Shown: piece after piece, positions 26,501-38,187 of the stretch
Position numbering within the stretch: position 1 is the stretch's first letter
Layout: the number at the start of each line of letters is the position of its first letter
From: Dudresnaya verticillata
Lineage: Eukaryota
NCBI GenBank assembly: GCA_977862235.1
Contig: OZ374564.1
Coordinates: 2,294,001 to 2,358,000, forward strand
Reading direction: 5' to 3'
DNA length: 64,000 bases
Notes under the pieces: generated by a model
Told to the model about the DNA's origin: nothing
The model's input: the letters and a program-made list of their open reading frames with translations, nothing else
Databases searched by the model: none
Translations under genes and position numbers: made by a program

Positions 26501-28170
26501 GAAACCGGAATCTGCCAGTAGCCTGAGTTTCAATCTAAGGTTGTGAAATATTGGGCTTCGCCCAGGGATTCCAAACACTCGTCCATGCGCGGCAGAGGAT
26601 ACGCATCCTTCACTGTAATCGCGTTAAGCTTGCGGTAGTCAACGCAAAAGCGGAGTGACCCGTCGGGCTTCTTAACCAAGACGACGGGGCTCGCAAACGC
26701 AGAACGTGCAGGCTCTATAACGCCTTCTTTGAGCATTTTGTCGACCTCATCCTGTTCTGCTTGACGGGCTTTAGGGCCCGACTGATAAGGTTGCGTAAAC
26801 ACAGGTTTCGAACCTTCTTGAAGCTCAATACGGTGTTCGGTCACCTTAATGGTGCCGAGTTGTCAGTCCCACATACCGGCGAACGGTTTAAGCATTTTGC
26901 GTACGCGGCGCCGATCCGAAGTGGACAGGTGTTCCAGCGCGAGGTCATTGACCGTAATAGCGGTTGACGCTGATGTCGCGATTTTGATTCCCGGCTTAGA
27001 GTCTATATCCGTCTTCAGAGCAGCACCAAGCCCCGCCCCTACATCGGAGAGTGTTTCGGACGAGGGAAGCGAGTCACTGTCAGGGACATTTTCCTCGACG
27101 GAGACAGTGTAGACCGGCGTCTGCGTGGGTGCCGGTACAGCCTTTCCAAGGCTTTGGTTCTTGGAAAGCCGTTGAGGACGCGAAGAAACGTTCTCAACCT
27201 TGATGTGAAAGAGTCGGTTCTCTTGAATGTTGACGATAACGTTCTTCAAAACGACTTGGCGGCGCTCGTATAAGCGGGGGAGGGATTCCAGGAAATGTGT
27301 TCCTTTGGCGGAACAGGTGACAGGAACCCATGACTCACTGCCAGGCAGTAAATTAGTAGTTTGTGCGACGCGAAGGAGTCGCGAGTTAGGTAATGGGGGA
27401 ACCTCCATTGGTTCGTCAGATCTGCCTTCACGGGGCATACCGCATCGGAGGTGGAGAATCGGGTGCATGGATCCGTCGCGAAGAACCATTTTCTGTTGGC
27501 GGACGCGTAACCCTTCCACGTGGGTAACGATAAACGTGCAACCCAAAATTGCATCTACTGCCAATGCCCTTACGACAAAAAAAGGTTGCAGAACCGTGTA
27601 GGACCCGAGCCTGATTATCAGGGAGACTGTTCCAAGTGTAGTTAGTCGGTGACTTGACGCGGAGGTCAAGTTCACAATTGACCGCTTTGTAGAAATCCGT
27701 TTCTTGTCTTTCGGTGATAGAACATTCGCGCGGATGAGATTAGGGCCTGCTCCTGTATCCAATACGGAGAGCAAACGAGTAAGGTCGTCAACAGAATTCC
27801 CAATGGACGCAGCTACTTTATAGTTGTAGCGCGACAAGGAGCAAACGGGATCCTTACAATATTCATGATATTTCCGTCCAGGGGGTAAGCCCAGGGGACG
27901 CGTTAAGATCTTCTTAGGAAGAGAAGTGACAGATTCACTGACAACCGGTCCATCCGTTGAGGAGAAGCTTTCGAAGCTGTAGCTCGAGGAGCTGGATTCA
28001 ACGTACCGATCGGGGGGTTCCGATGCCACCTGTGATATGTGGTGTACCGAAACCGGTTCCCCCTCGCTGGTTTTTCGCCTTTGTTGCGGGCGACCGCGGT
28101 AGCGGTGGAGGTGGTGGGAAGGGACGAGACGCTTGGCGTGGTGACCTGGGCGTTTGCCTCGGAGCTTCAA
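23545..28170 (-). pseudogene. pol: G2 pol (protease, RT, RNase H, integrase, chromodomain), disrupted
   Basis: VLDTGAGPNLI; LRFCVDYRKLN; YLDDIIVFS; KECLAVVWA; SDNGSQF and HPQTNGQTERFN; VYERIVSYD..YRVRW..DTW; several stops and frameshifts. Confidence 0.95.
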
Positions 28171-28257
28171 TGGGGTGGTTCAGTCGAGGTTGAAATTGAA
28201 CCTGTCGATTTCCCCCTTGACTTGTACCCAACTTTTGACGGGGCTCCATCCGTTGCA

Positions 28258-30762
28258 CTATGGGCGGCCCGGCGGGCACTCGCTCGTTAGCGAAGTCCGG
28301 CAGTCGACCAACGGTCGCCAACCACACTTTTTGGTCGTGTGATAGTTGATGAAACTGTCTTCTTTTAAAGTCTCAAAAGACTGCTCATCGGTACGAGGCA
28401 AATGCGGACTGTTGGTCTTCTTATGGCCAATGCCGTAGCATTCGAAGCAGATATCATTGGGTTGGTCTTCAACCGTCACCAACCCAGGGCGTTGAGTCCT
28501 GGTTGGCTGTGCCCAGGCTGGGAGCCTATGATTGTAGTTCTGCAGTACCGCGTCAACTTCACCGTGATACGGTTGGTTGTAGCAATACTGTCCTGTCGGC
28601 CACGAGTCCGATTGGGTCGCTGTTGATGGTGGCGCTTCGTTAGCAATTGCAGCCACGACCACGTCTTCGCTTTCCGCATCAGAGCCACTGCTCTTTGAAG
28701 TATCCGAATCGGAGGCGGATGCAGCCTTCGACTGGCGAATAAGGAGTGCCCGTCCTGACTTGTGGGTACAAACCTTCTTCAAGGTTTTCCTTGGTAGCAT
28801 CCTATTCGCTTTTGGCGTTCGCCCGCCACCCACTAGCGCCCGATGGGAATCTCCCTGTGCAGTCGCAAGCTCGACGTAATCCGCCAGTCTGGCAGTTCTT
28901 GGGTCCAATGAGGACGTACTTAAAAGCGGCTTCACCGCTGGTAACAACCCACGAATAAACCTGGTTATCAAATCTTGTTCGGTGTACACCCCAGCGACTC
29001 GACGCGCTTTGTTCTGCAACCATCTCGAAAAAGTAACCTCGTCCTCATCTGGCTCCTGCGCCATAGTGTCCATCTCAGAGGCAATCCTCTCGATATAAAC
29101 ATCCTTGGCATAAGTCCGAAGGAGGTAATTCACGGCTTCGGGCCATTCGGTGAAACCACCATTGTCGTCACCCGCAGCGTCGAAATTCGCTTCAAACATA
29201 TCCTTCGCATCATTCTCGAGAAACTCGGGGATGACTAGGATAGCGGCACCTTCGCTGATATGAGCTTGATCAAGCTGCCTCTTCAGCGTGGCTAAGAAGC
29301 CAATAATTTATACCGGGTCACTTCCATCAAAACGGCGACTCCGCATAACGGACTTTACGCGTTTGATTTTTTTCGTGGTCGCCTCGGTCACCTCGGGCCC
29401 GCGGTAATCATCCAGGTTCAATAACCTATATCTTCTATAGGGCAGTACCTGTCTGAAGACGGGATTCCTAGGAGTCAGTTCCTTCGCACCGGAACGTCGG
29501 GGACCCCTCCAGGAAGACCATGACGGTCTAGAATGCGAACGGGAACCCGGTCCTTCTTCATCCGATGGACCTGGATTAGGGTGAGACCCTGACCGATGAT
29601 TCTCTTCGTGACGATGGCTTGAATGTCGGTCACGATGAGAATCCACTTGGTCTTGGTGCGCAGAAGAGCCAATTGGTCTGGTGCACTTGCACATTTGTTG
29701 GCAACGACCTCCATCTCCTTCACCTTGGGATCCACTGTTCGACCCCCTAGGGGGTAGCCTCCTACGCCTGTCGCGCGTGCCGCGAGGAACCGGGGAGCGT
29801 CGTCGCATGACTTCATGGACAGTGTCCCTTTCGCGGATTACGCGCCGCATTTGCATTTGCAGTTCCAGAAAAGCGACACGACGCTTTTCGTCATCGCGTT
29901 CTTTCCTTAGGACCTCGATGGCTCTGTCCTGTTCAACGCACCTTGCGTTGTCTACGTTAAATTGAACGTCCGCAGTAGCCATTGCGGCTTCTGTCCTGGA
30001 AAGGTCGGCAGCCTTCGTGGCTTCATCTATTTCCAGGTGGACCGATTCCAATTGGTCCCCCAATGAGTCCACTTGGGCTTGTAGGGTCTCGACCCTTTCC
30101 TCTTCTAAACCCCTCAAGGGGCGTTGTTGGCAACGGGAAATGACCATTTCTTGGCACTTAGCCAGTATTTGGTCGTCTCGACGAGCGGTGGCGTCGTCGA
30201 AATAGCGTTTCACCCGGGTGAGGGTTTCATCCGCCTGGCTTTCAAGCAGCGCCAATACGCTAGTTCCGAGAGCATTCTCGATGCCGGTCTCAACCAAGTG
30301 ACCAATCTCACGCTCCGTAAAGCACCGTTGGTCGCTTGAGTTTGCCTTCGTTCTCATCGGCATTCCGATATCGGGTGGAAGCGATGAAGTCTTTTCTTCT
30401 TCTAAGGCCAGTCCGCCTGTGCTGTGCTGGCTATAACCGGCTTGAAACATCGGCGGTGGCGGTATACTAGGGTCCGGACCCTCATTCGCACCGTTGTTAG
30501 CGGTGCTGGCGGTTGCAGTCCGGGTCGTGGTTTCTCCTTCAGGGATCTGTCCCTTTCCATGGGTAGACGGATCTTCGTCTCCTGGTGCGCCCGCCATTCG
30601 GGGCGGGCGTTCCCCTTCTCCTACTACAGGACCTCGAGCCAAAGCGGCTATTGCAGCACGGATTCTTGCTCCCGTGGTCCTCACGGAGGATAAGCTGCCG
30701 GTACGGCTACCACCCCGGCTCGTTAAGCCTGGGCGGGTGGTTTCACCGTTAGATGTCGGCAT
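28258..30762 (-). pseudogene. gag: G2 gag, with internal stop
   Basis: ORFs 30762-29308 and 29199-28258; coiled-coil region, FDGSDP, WPEAVNYLLRTYA, zinc knuckle CFECYGIGH. Confidence 0.85.
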
Positions 30763-31249
30763 CTTCTAAACGAGGTTGTTATCGACAACCTTGAAATGTA
30801 GGATTCGGTCCTGTGGTTGCACTAATCGGGGGACTTCTCCCTAGGATGGCAAACTTCTCAGAACCGTAGTTCTCGGGGATACGGGCGATTCTGGCCACGT
30901 GGAACTCCCAGCGTGCGCGCCCGCACAGCCCGTATACAGACGTGTTTTTGATGACAGCTGTCACGATAGCCTGCAGGAAGAGTTCCTTGAAGGGGCGTCA
31001 CTCCACGACCAGGATCTTCTTCCTTGTACACGATTAAAACCGCAGAATAGGTGGCAGTTGCTTGCCTCGCATTTGACGCAACTGCGAAGCTTGATATGAA
31101 GCTGAGAGACCGTCGACACTTGTCCGACTAGGGTTTCACCCTCAGGAAGTTGTTCCTTGAATTCTTGCACGGGGAATTCTCGTCCCGTGGGAAGGTCCGA
31201 ACGACGACTTGCGGATTAGGTAGTAAAAAGGGGCCGACCCTGAAAACGC

Positions 31250-31267
31250 TTCTAGGTCGGGCGACCA
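31250..31267 (-). promoter_or_regulatory. Primer binding site of G2 (tRNA-Tyr-like)
   Basis: TGGTCGCCCGACCTAGAA, 1 nt after the 5' LTR; 17/18 match to the G3 PBS. Confidence 0.75.
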
Positions 31268-31268
31268 C

Positions 31269-31921
31269 TGTAGTAGAATGGCCACGGGGCCAGGTAGAAC
31301 GAAAACAACCAGGACATCTATCCTATGTCCAACACTAGCTTCGGTAGCTCGGGGAAGAAGGGGTGTTGGTAGAGACTTGGGAAAAAGGCACAAAGCCTAC
31401 GAAAAAGGGGAAAAGGGAAGGGCGGCGCTACCCAGCTCGCGCAGAGCTTCCGTCGTGCGGAGAATAGGCTCGTAGAGCGCCTGAAAGGGGCAAAAGGTAC
31501 GGTGAGTCCGTGAATTCCAGAAAAGGGGAAAAAGACCCAAACCCACCCTTGGGTTCTATTCAGGAGGCCCCTGCTACTCAGGGGCCTACTACATATAGCA
31601 GAGCCAGAAATGCTCTTACCTCCTATGAGCTATTCTAAGCTATTCTAGCTGTAATTATTATTCTAATAGTACTGTTGTCAGTTATAAATACGGATTAGTG
31701 GTAGTACCGCGTCGGGCCGCGTGAGCGGCCACACTAAATTACCCAATGGCAATTCGCCATCAAATTTGGTGCCAGCAGGGACGCCAGCGGGGCGCATCAT
31801 CCTTACAGCGCATGACGCTTGTGCGCGCCTTACAGCTTGATGCGAGTGCACGTCTTACACCTTAATGCGTACACATGACTTACAGTGCGCCAGCACTTCT
31901 GCTGCTGCTCATTCTTCCACA
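31269..31921 (-). repeat. 5' LTR of G2
   Basis: Direct repeat of 18694-19350. Confidence 0.95.
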
Positions 31922-32167
31922 CGCATGCGCACCCTACCGCTCCCCGGAAGCATTAGCGTCTACCTATCCGTGTTTCCACGTTCATAACCGTTGCTAACGT
32001 GTTTTCCTTTGGGTTTCTTTGCACCTTTTCTCTCTCGCCTTGGGTGTTTACAGTCCGCCCTAGGCGTGTTCAACCTGCTCTACCAAGTTCGCCACCAGCG
32101 GCTACCCACCGGGCTCCCGAACGGCCCGGAGGTGTTTCCCGTCTCTAGACGACGTTTGCACGACAAC

Positions 32168-32185
32168 TGGTCTCCCGACCTAGAA
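32168..32185 (+). promoter_or_regulatory. Primer binding site of G3 (tRNA-Tyr-like)
   Basis: TGGTCTCCCGACCTAGAA, 2 nt after the LTR end; complementary to a tRNA 3' end ...UCGGGAGACCA. Confidence 0.75.
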
Positions 32186-33399
32186 GCTGCTACGTTTATA
32201 CGATGTTTAACGTCTGTCAGACGATCGCTCAACCGTCACTCTCATGTTCTGTCCATCGTTCACGACGTTCGCCTACTTCTTCGAAACCATTCTGGGTCCA
32301 CCGCGACCGCCGTTATCGCTTGAATCCTCCCCACTCCCGTCTTCGACGCCAGGCACCATGCCGCCGTCGGGACCGGCCCAACCCATGACGACACGATCTG
32401 GTCGTCACTTCAGTCCGGAGATCGCCTAAGCCTTTACGGCACCGCCGGACCACGACGTGTCACACGCTTCGCTAAACAGGGGAGAACCTGCTCCGCCGCC
32501 GAATCCGATCGTCGTTCGTACTTCAGTCCCGGAAGGCTCCGCCCTCCGTACCTACCACACTTACGTTGGCTCCGCCGACACCGTTCAGGCGGAGCAGCAA
32601 CGCGTCCTAGACGGAACACAAGCCGGCCTTGCCGAGGAACAACAACCAACCCCAACTTCACAGCCACAACAACAACTACCAACCGGAAACTTCGAGGACG
32701 ATGGCAGCCGTCTAGCGCCTTTGGACGTCATCGACGATTCCCCACCTGCGAGGGACTGTTGTTCCACGCCTCACGGCAGTGCCGAATGTTCTCCAGCAGA
32801 GCCGTCTGGTCAACGTGGCAACGCAGAGACGTCACCGGTGCGGCAAAGCCCGGTGAGACAAAGTTCAACGCGACGTTCGCCCGTGGCTTCTCCTGCGTCC
32901 GCTCGCGTGGGTAATCTCACGATTCTCGGCGACCGCACACGAGACGTTTGCGTCATTGAGGACGATGAGTTGTTAGCGCGATTCGCGGAGATGCTCGACA
33001 ACAGTGTCGGGGGAATCTGCAGCCGCCTACAGACGTTAGAGGAGGGTCAAGACGGAGCCCTACAGGGGTTACGAACTGACCTCGACCGTCTGATGACGAA
33101 CCCGGGTACCAACGCCAAATAACCCGCCACAGTAACGATCAACTCGCAGTCCGAACTGAGCTCGCGCGAACGTTTCAATCGGCTGGCGACTCGTTTGTAA
33201 CGATTGGAAACCGCCAGGTTGCGTCAAGGACAACCACCATCATCTGAGGACGAAAGCGACGACGAAGATCGTCGCCGCCGTAAAAACCGCAAGTATCGCG
33301 ACCGACGAAAGAAACGCCACGGGCGAAAGAAGAAACGTCGACGACGGCACGGGGATTCCTCATCTTCCTCCGACTCGTCGAGCGACGGAGAGTCGTCGG

Positions 33400-34175
33400 T
33401 GTAGTATCTCGAAAGACACCACCGAGTGCGGCGCCGGAATGAGACCCCAAAGGACCAGGAAGATCTATCGGATTTCGTAGCAAACGGCCGAACGTAGAAC
33501 GGACCTGCGCGCCAGTAGCAAGCGTGGTAGAGCGGGAGCGCGCAGACGAAGTCGCGGCCAAAATCCTGGATGAGCAGTGGAAAATGGCCGAGTTGGGAAA
33601 AGATTGCAAAACTTTACTCCCAACCTCTGGTGGGACGCCTTCGTACCCATCTTGGCCGAGCCGTGGTTTGTGGCCATCTATGTAGACCCAAAATCGGCCC
33701 CTGGAGCTAATCTAGAGCTATTCTACAGTTAGTGGCCGAGGTTTCTCCCCGTCGGCCATAATATCTACTTGTGTTCCGGCGTCGGGCCAATATTATACCC
33801 TTACCAGACTAAACCAAGTACTTGTCCGTTAGTGGTTGGCCAAATGAGTTAGATTTTCCCTTGATTTTTCTGCTGTCTTCTGTTTGATTTCATCTGCGGC
33901 CAAATCCAATTTCCTTTTCGCACTTGCTTCCAGATCCGATCACACCGATCATTCGTGTACAGCGAGCCACGTGGTGCGCTTGGGTGTCGTAGGTGGCCAC
34001 GTGTGTGAAACACGTGTACACTTGTTGGACACGTGTGCCTCTTGCGCATGTTCACCGGCGTCCGCCCGGCCGCACTGTCGTCGGTTGGCCAAACGTATCG
34101 TTTTGATTGGGCCGACTGTCCCACTTGGCCCGGCCGGTTGCGCCCGTTTCGGAGGCCCCTTGGCGTTGTACCACA
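33400..34175. mobile_element. Solo LTR inserted in G3 gag
   Basis: TGTAGTA...TACCACA termini; flanks GTCGG/GTCAG (5-bp TSD, 1 mismatch); Ser/Asp-rich gag sequence resumes after it. Confidence 0.8.
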
Positions 34176-34864
34176 GTCAGGTACTTCAACGGATGACGAA
34201 GAGTACCCAACCCACGGTGGGCGGTCAGGCCACGCGGCAAACGCTTCAAGGGGTTGAAGGAGCTACGTCCCTCCAACCCCTCTTCGATCAACTCTTGTCG
34301 TATCGTACTCACCGTCTAGCAGATGTCGGGCCAAAAAGTTCCGGACGCGAAACAGGGAAGGTCAAGGACCACATCAAACGTCTGGAGTTGGCGATGAAGG
34401 ACGCCGCCTTCACGGGCGACGACCCGGTCCTGATCCTTGAGTTCCTCACGCGTTTCGCGGATGAGGCCGATACGATAGAAATGAGCGAAGCCCAAGCGTT
34501 CATAGCGTTGCCATACTTCATACGAGGTACGGCTTCAACACAGTTCCGATCCGTCAAGTCGACGTCAACACGCCATCGAGGCGGAGTCTCTTCGTACCCG
34601 GAGGCGGTGCAATACCTCCTTCGTACGTATGCAACGCCCTCGGCGATTCGATCCGCCGTACTGACGTTGCGTTCGACAACGCAGAAACGGGCCGAAGGTG
34701 AAACTGCCTACTTCATGCGACTCGCTGGAGCGTGTATCCGTTGCGGGAACGTATACCCCGGCTGGGAGAAAATGACCCTATTCATCGACGGACTCGACCC
34801 CTCGATACGATCGCTGGTTGTGGCATATACGTCAGGTCGAACTGACATCTAGCGCGGCTGGTCT

Positions 34865-36406
34865 CGTAGTCGCACCCAGACCCGTCGAAGGGTGGTAGCG
34901 GTGGTGGTAGAGCGGTGGTTTCGGCCGCGCGCGCCGTCGACGGTTGCGGATCAAAGGCGTCGAAGCCTGAGGGCGCACGGGGCGTACCGTACGCTGGCGG
35001 CAGCGGCCGGATCCCTGCGTCCCCGTCGTGGAGCGGCACGAAGCCGATGGTAGGGAAAGGAAAAGGAAAGCCCAGGCGGCTAAGGAAAGAGGGAAGCCGT
35101 AGGGCGAAGGACTGGGAAAGAAACCTGAAGCAGAAACGGGCAAGCCTGGCGTAGGCTGGCTTGCCTCGTTTACTTAAGCCCAGAGGGGCGACTACTAAAT
35201 ATACTACAGGGCCTGCGGCGGCACCAACCCGGGAGGTGCGCCGGCGCGCCCCGACACGCGTTGACGCGTACGGCCAACGGTAACCCGGGGGCGCGCGTGG
35301 GCGAAACGGTCCACACGTACTCGTCGGCTCGACGCTGGAGTACGCGCGCGCGCGTCACGCACTCAACGGCTCTACGCCGGAGTGCGTGCGCACGGCGCGC
35401 GGGACAGCAGGGCGTTCGACCGTCGCTTACACTAGACGGTGCTGTACACTACACAACAATAAACGTATAAATTACATGGGAGTTTCAGTGTCACACGCGT
35501 ACACGTGCACGCGCGGGCGCCACTGCGCACTTCCTTAAAGTTCAGCGGGGCTTCGGCGCCACCGGCTGACAGCGTGCGCACAGCGGTGCACACGTGGCGC
35601 AGCTGGTCTTACAGCTGCGCATGCGTGGCACAGCTGGTCTTAAAGCTATGCCACACAACCCCCCCTCAAGCGCGAACGCCTCGGTCGCGACCGTTACGAC
35701 GCGCACGCTGTGGGGTGGCCAAGACGGCGCCCGGGATTGGCCAGCGGGTCCCCGGGCGTCCGTGAATGACGGGCATCGATGCCACGTCGGTGTGCCCGCG
35801 CTGAGCCGCGACGGGCTATTTAGGGAGCCGCCTCTGCGGCTCCGAGTGGGGGTGGTCTGGTCATCGCTCACCATGACCCCCAACTCTCCCACCACGCGTA
35901 CAGCTGCCTGTCGACCAGTGCCATACGCTCCAAGCTTCGACGCTCTCAACTTCCTCCCACCCATCGCCAGCGTCGACGCGGCGATGGAGTCACGCGAGCC
36001 AATCGCGACCGGCGCCCCTACCGAGGAGGCGCCGGTCATCAACCCCACCTCGTCGACCGAGTCAGTCGCGGGAGGTGGACCTGCCGAGCCGGTGCCAAAG
36101 GCGCCGTCGGGCGGGGAGGCGTGGCCTTCGACGGTCGTGCCAACCACAGAGCGACCTTCGACGGTCGCTACAGCAGAGGCGCAACCTTCGACGGTTGCGC
36201 CAGAAGAAGCGCCCCCATCGACGGGTACGCTAGGCAAGGCCGGGCGCGCTCCTGCGCCGGCTTCTGCTGCCGGGGCGGGTGGAGTCGACGCCAACTCCAC
36301 CCCAACGCCCGCCGCTGACGTCTGGTCAGAGGCGGTGGCCCTCGCTGCGGCGCAGGGCCAGATAGTGAAGGACCCGAGTGGGGCGGCCTCTGCCGCCCCG
36401 CGCTGA
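34865..36406 (-). mobile_element. Gypsy remnant 'G5': 3' LTR (about 34865-35655), PPT and start of an antisense low-complexity ORF
   Basis: Minus strand reads GAGGGGGGGTTG then TGTGGCATAG; LTR homologous to the solo LTR at 36600-37372; plus-strand ORF 35594-36406 is Pro/Ala/Thr-rich. Confidence 0.65.
36121..36240 (+). repeat. Four imperfect 30-bp tandem repeats (encode PST-containing decamers)
   Basis: CC(T/A)TCGACGG recurs at 30-bp spacing. Confidence 0.75.
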
Positions 36407-38187
36407 AGTCATGAACAAGATGGTCGAAACCTATATTCGTCTATTCTGTAACTACAATCAGAACAATTGGGACGAGCTCTTACCAGGGGCAGAATTCGCC
36501 TACAGATCGTCTCATCATGATGCTACCGGTTTCACATCATTCTTTCTCGATCTGGGTTGGGAGCCTCGAAGCCCCCTCTCTGTCATTTCCGGACAAGAAT
36601 GTAGTATAGAAGTCGGGTCGATCCGACGTCTGATACTTGCTGGTCCGAAGCCGCCACACAGACCCGTCGATGGGTAGCTGTTGGGGTTGGTAGAGCGGTG
36701 TCGGCCGCGTGCGCCCCGCAGGTGCGGATCGACGGCGTCGATGCCGGAGCGCGCACGGGGCATACCGTACGCGGGTAGGCAGCGGCCGGATCCCAGCGTC
36801 CCTGTCGAAGGGCGACACGAAGCCGACGGAAAGGAAAAGGAAAGGGGAAAGCCTAGCGAGGCAAGGGGAAAAGGGAAACCGCCCGCTGGCGTAGGGCAAA
36901 GGGGTCGAACCCGAAAAGGCTGGGGGCAAGCTTCAGCGCGAGCTGTTGCTTGCCCGGTTTACTGAGCTGTCGATGGCCGACGGTCTTAAATACCCTACAC
37001 TATGTGCACTACGACTACTTTTACAGTAGGTGCGCCCCACAACACCAACGCGGGAGGCGTGCGAACGCACGCCCATACACGTGTCGACACGTCCGGGTAA
37101 CGGTTACCCGTGGGCGCGCGCGGGGCGTAACGGGCAGCGGCCCTCTCAACGGCTCGATGCCGGAGAGTGTCACAGGGGCGCGCCGTGTGTGGCACGGCGC
37201 GCGGCCGCTGCCGGCAGCAATGCGGTCGACCGCTACTAATTCAACGAAAAAACTAAGGGCACGCTGCCCAACCACGACTCGCCAGCGGGCGTCATCGTGT
37301 GCACCATTACAGTGCGGCGCTGCCAGCATACCTTACAGCCGCTGCTGATAGTGTGCTGACAGCTATACTACAAAGCAGATACAAATGTAGGAGCAGTGGA
37401 AGACTTTCAGACTATCCTTGCCACATCCGTCCAGGACGCCAAACATGCCTATACTATTACCCAAGAACGTCAGTGTCGTCAGAGAACCCCGCATTTCCGT
37501 GTGCCGCGTTTTGAGGTTGGTCAGCATGTTATGGTGAGCCGCAAGGCACTGTCCGACCCATATGGAAAAGGCCAGGCATCGGTCAAACTTCAAGCCAAAA
37601 GAAGTGGTCCGTTCAAGATTGTTGAGTTTGTTGGCAAGAATCCAGTGAGGCTGCAGTTACCTCAACATTTTAGAGCTCATCCAGTCGTCAACATATCATT
37701 CATTGAACCTTATCTTCGACAGCCAGAGGACAGCAGCAATCCATTACCAGAACCTGAACCGCCGGTCGAGCTTGATGCCGGGCCCGAGGAATATGTGGAG
37801 AGTATTCTGAAGCATAGACGTCGCGGTCGTGGATGGCAGTTCCTTGTACTATGGAGAGACCAACCATTGCATGAAGCTACGTGGATCCCGACTCAAAATC
37901 TAGTCGATGATGATGGTACTATTAACGAAGCTTTACTAGCATACGTCCAAAATCAAGAGGATCTTTCCATGGCCAAGGTAACTCGGTTGAGGTGACTATA
38001 GTGTAACAGTACACATTGTATCGGGGGGCCACGGATGCCGATATTCCAGAAGGGATTCGATATGCCATATCGAGGGAGCAGTCGTTCCACAGGAACGATA
38101 GATAGATGATAGAGAAGTAGAGAGGATAGAGCAAGTTGGATGGGTATATGTAGCCCATCTGATGAAGGACCAGGAAAGGGGGGGGGA
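36407..38187 (+). mobile_element. Chromovirus-type Gypsy remnant 'G4': integrase C-terminus, chromodomain and PPT
   Basis: NWDELLPGAEFAY..TGFTSF, interrupted by a solo LTR, then KRSGPFKI..HPVVNIS..EEYVESILKHRRRGRGWQFLVLW..EATW (ends 37995); purine tract near 38172-38187. Confidence 0.85.
36600..37372. mobile_element. Solo LTR inserted in G4 integrase
   Basis: TGTAGTATAG...CTATACTACA (10-bp inverted termini); flanks AAGAA/AAGCA (5-bp TSD, 1 mismatch). Confidence 0.85.

Larger units (their letters stand above)
18694..31921 (-). mobile_element. Full-length chromodomain Gypsy element 'G2' (13.2 kb), degenerate
   Basis: LTRs 18694-19350 and 31269-31921 (TG...CA, highly similar but not identical); 5-bp TSD CGCAT at 18689-18693 and 31922-31926; PBS at 31267-31250; PPT at 19363-19351. 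Confidence 0.96.
18078..34864 (+). mobile_element. Gypsy element 'G3': 5' LTR (18078-18693 + 31927-32165, split by G2), PBS and degenerate gag; 3' part lost or interrupted
   Basis: Termini TGTGGTG...CACGACA; PBS TGGTCTCCCGACCTAGAA at 32168-32185; gag motifs GLKELRPSNP..QLLSYR, FTGDDPVLILEFL, YPEAVQYLLRTYA homologous to the G2 gag. Confidence 0.8.
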
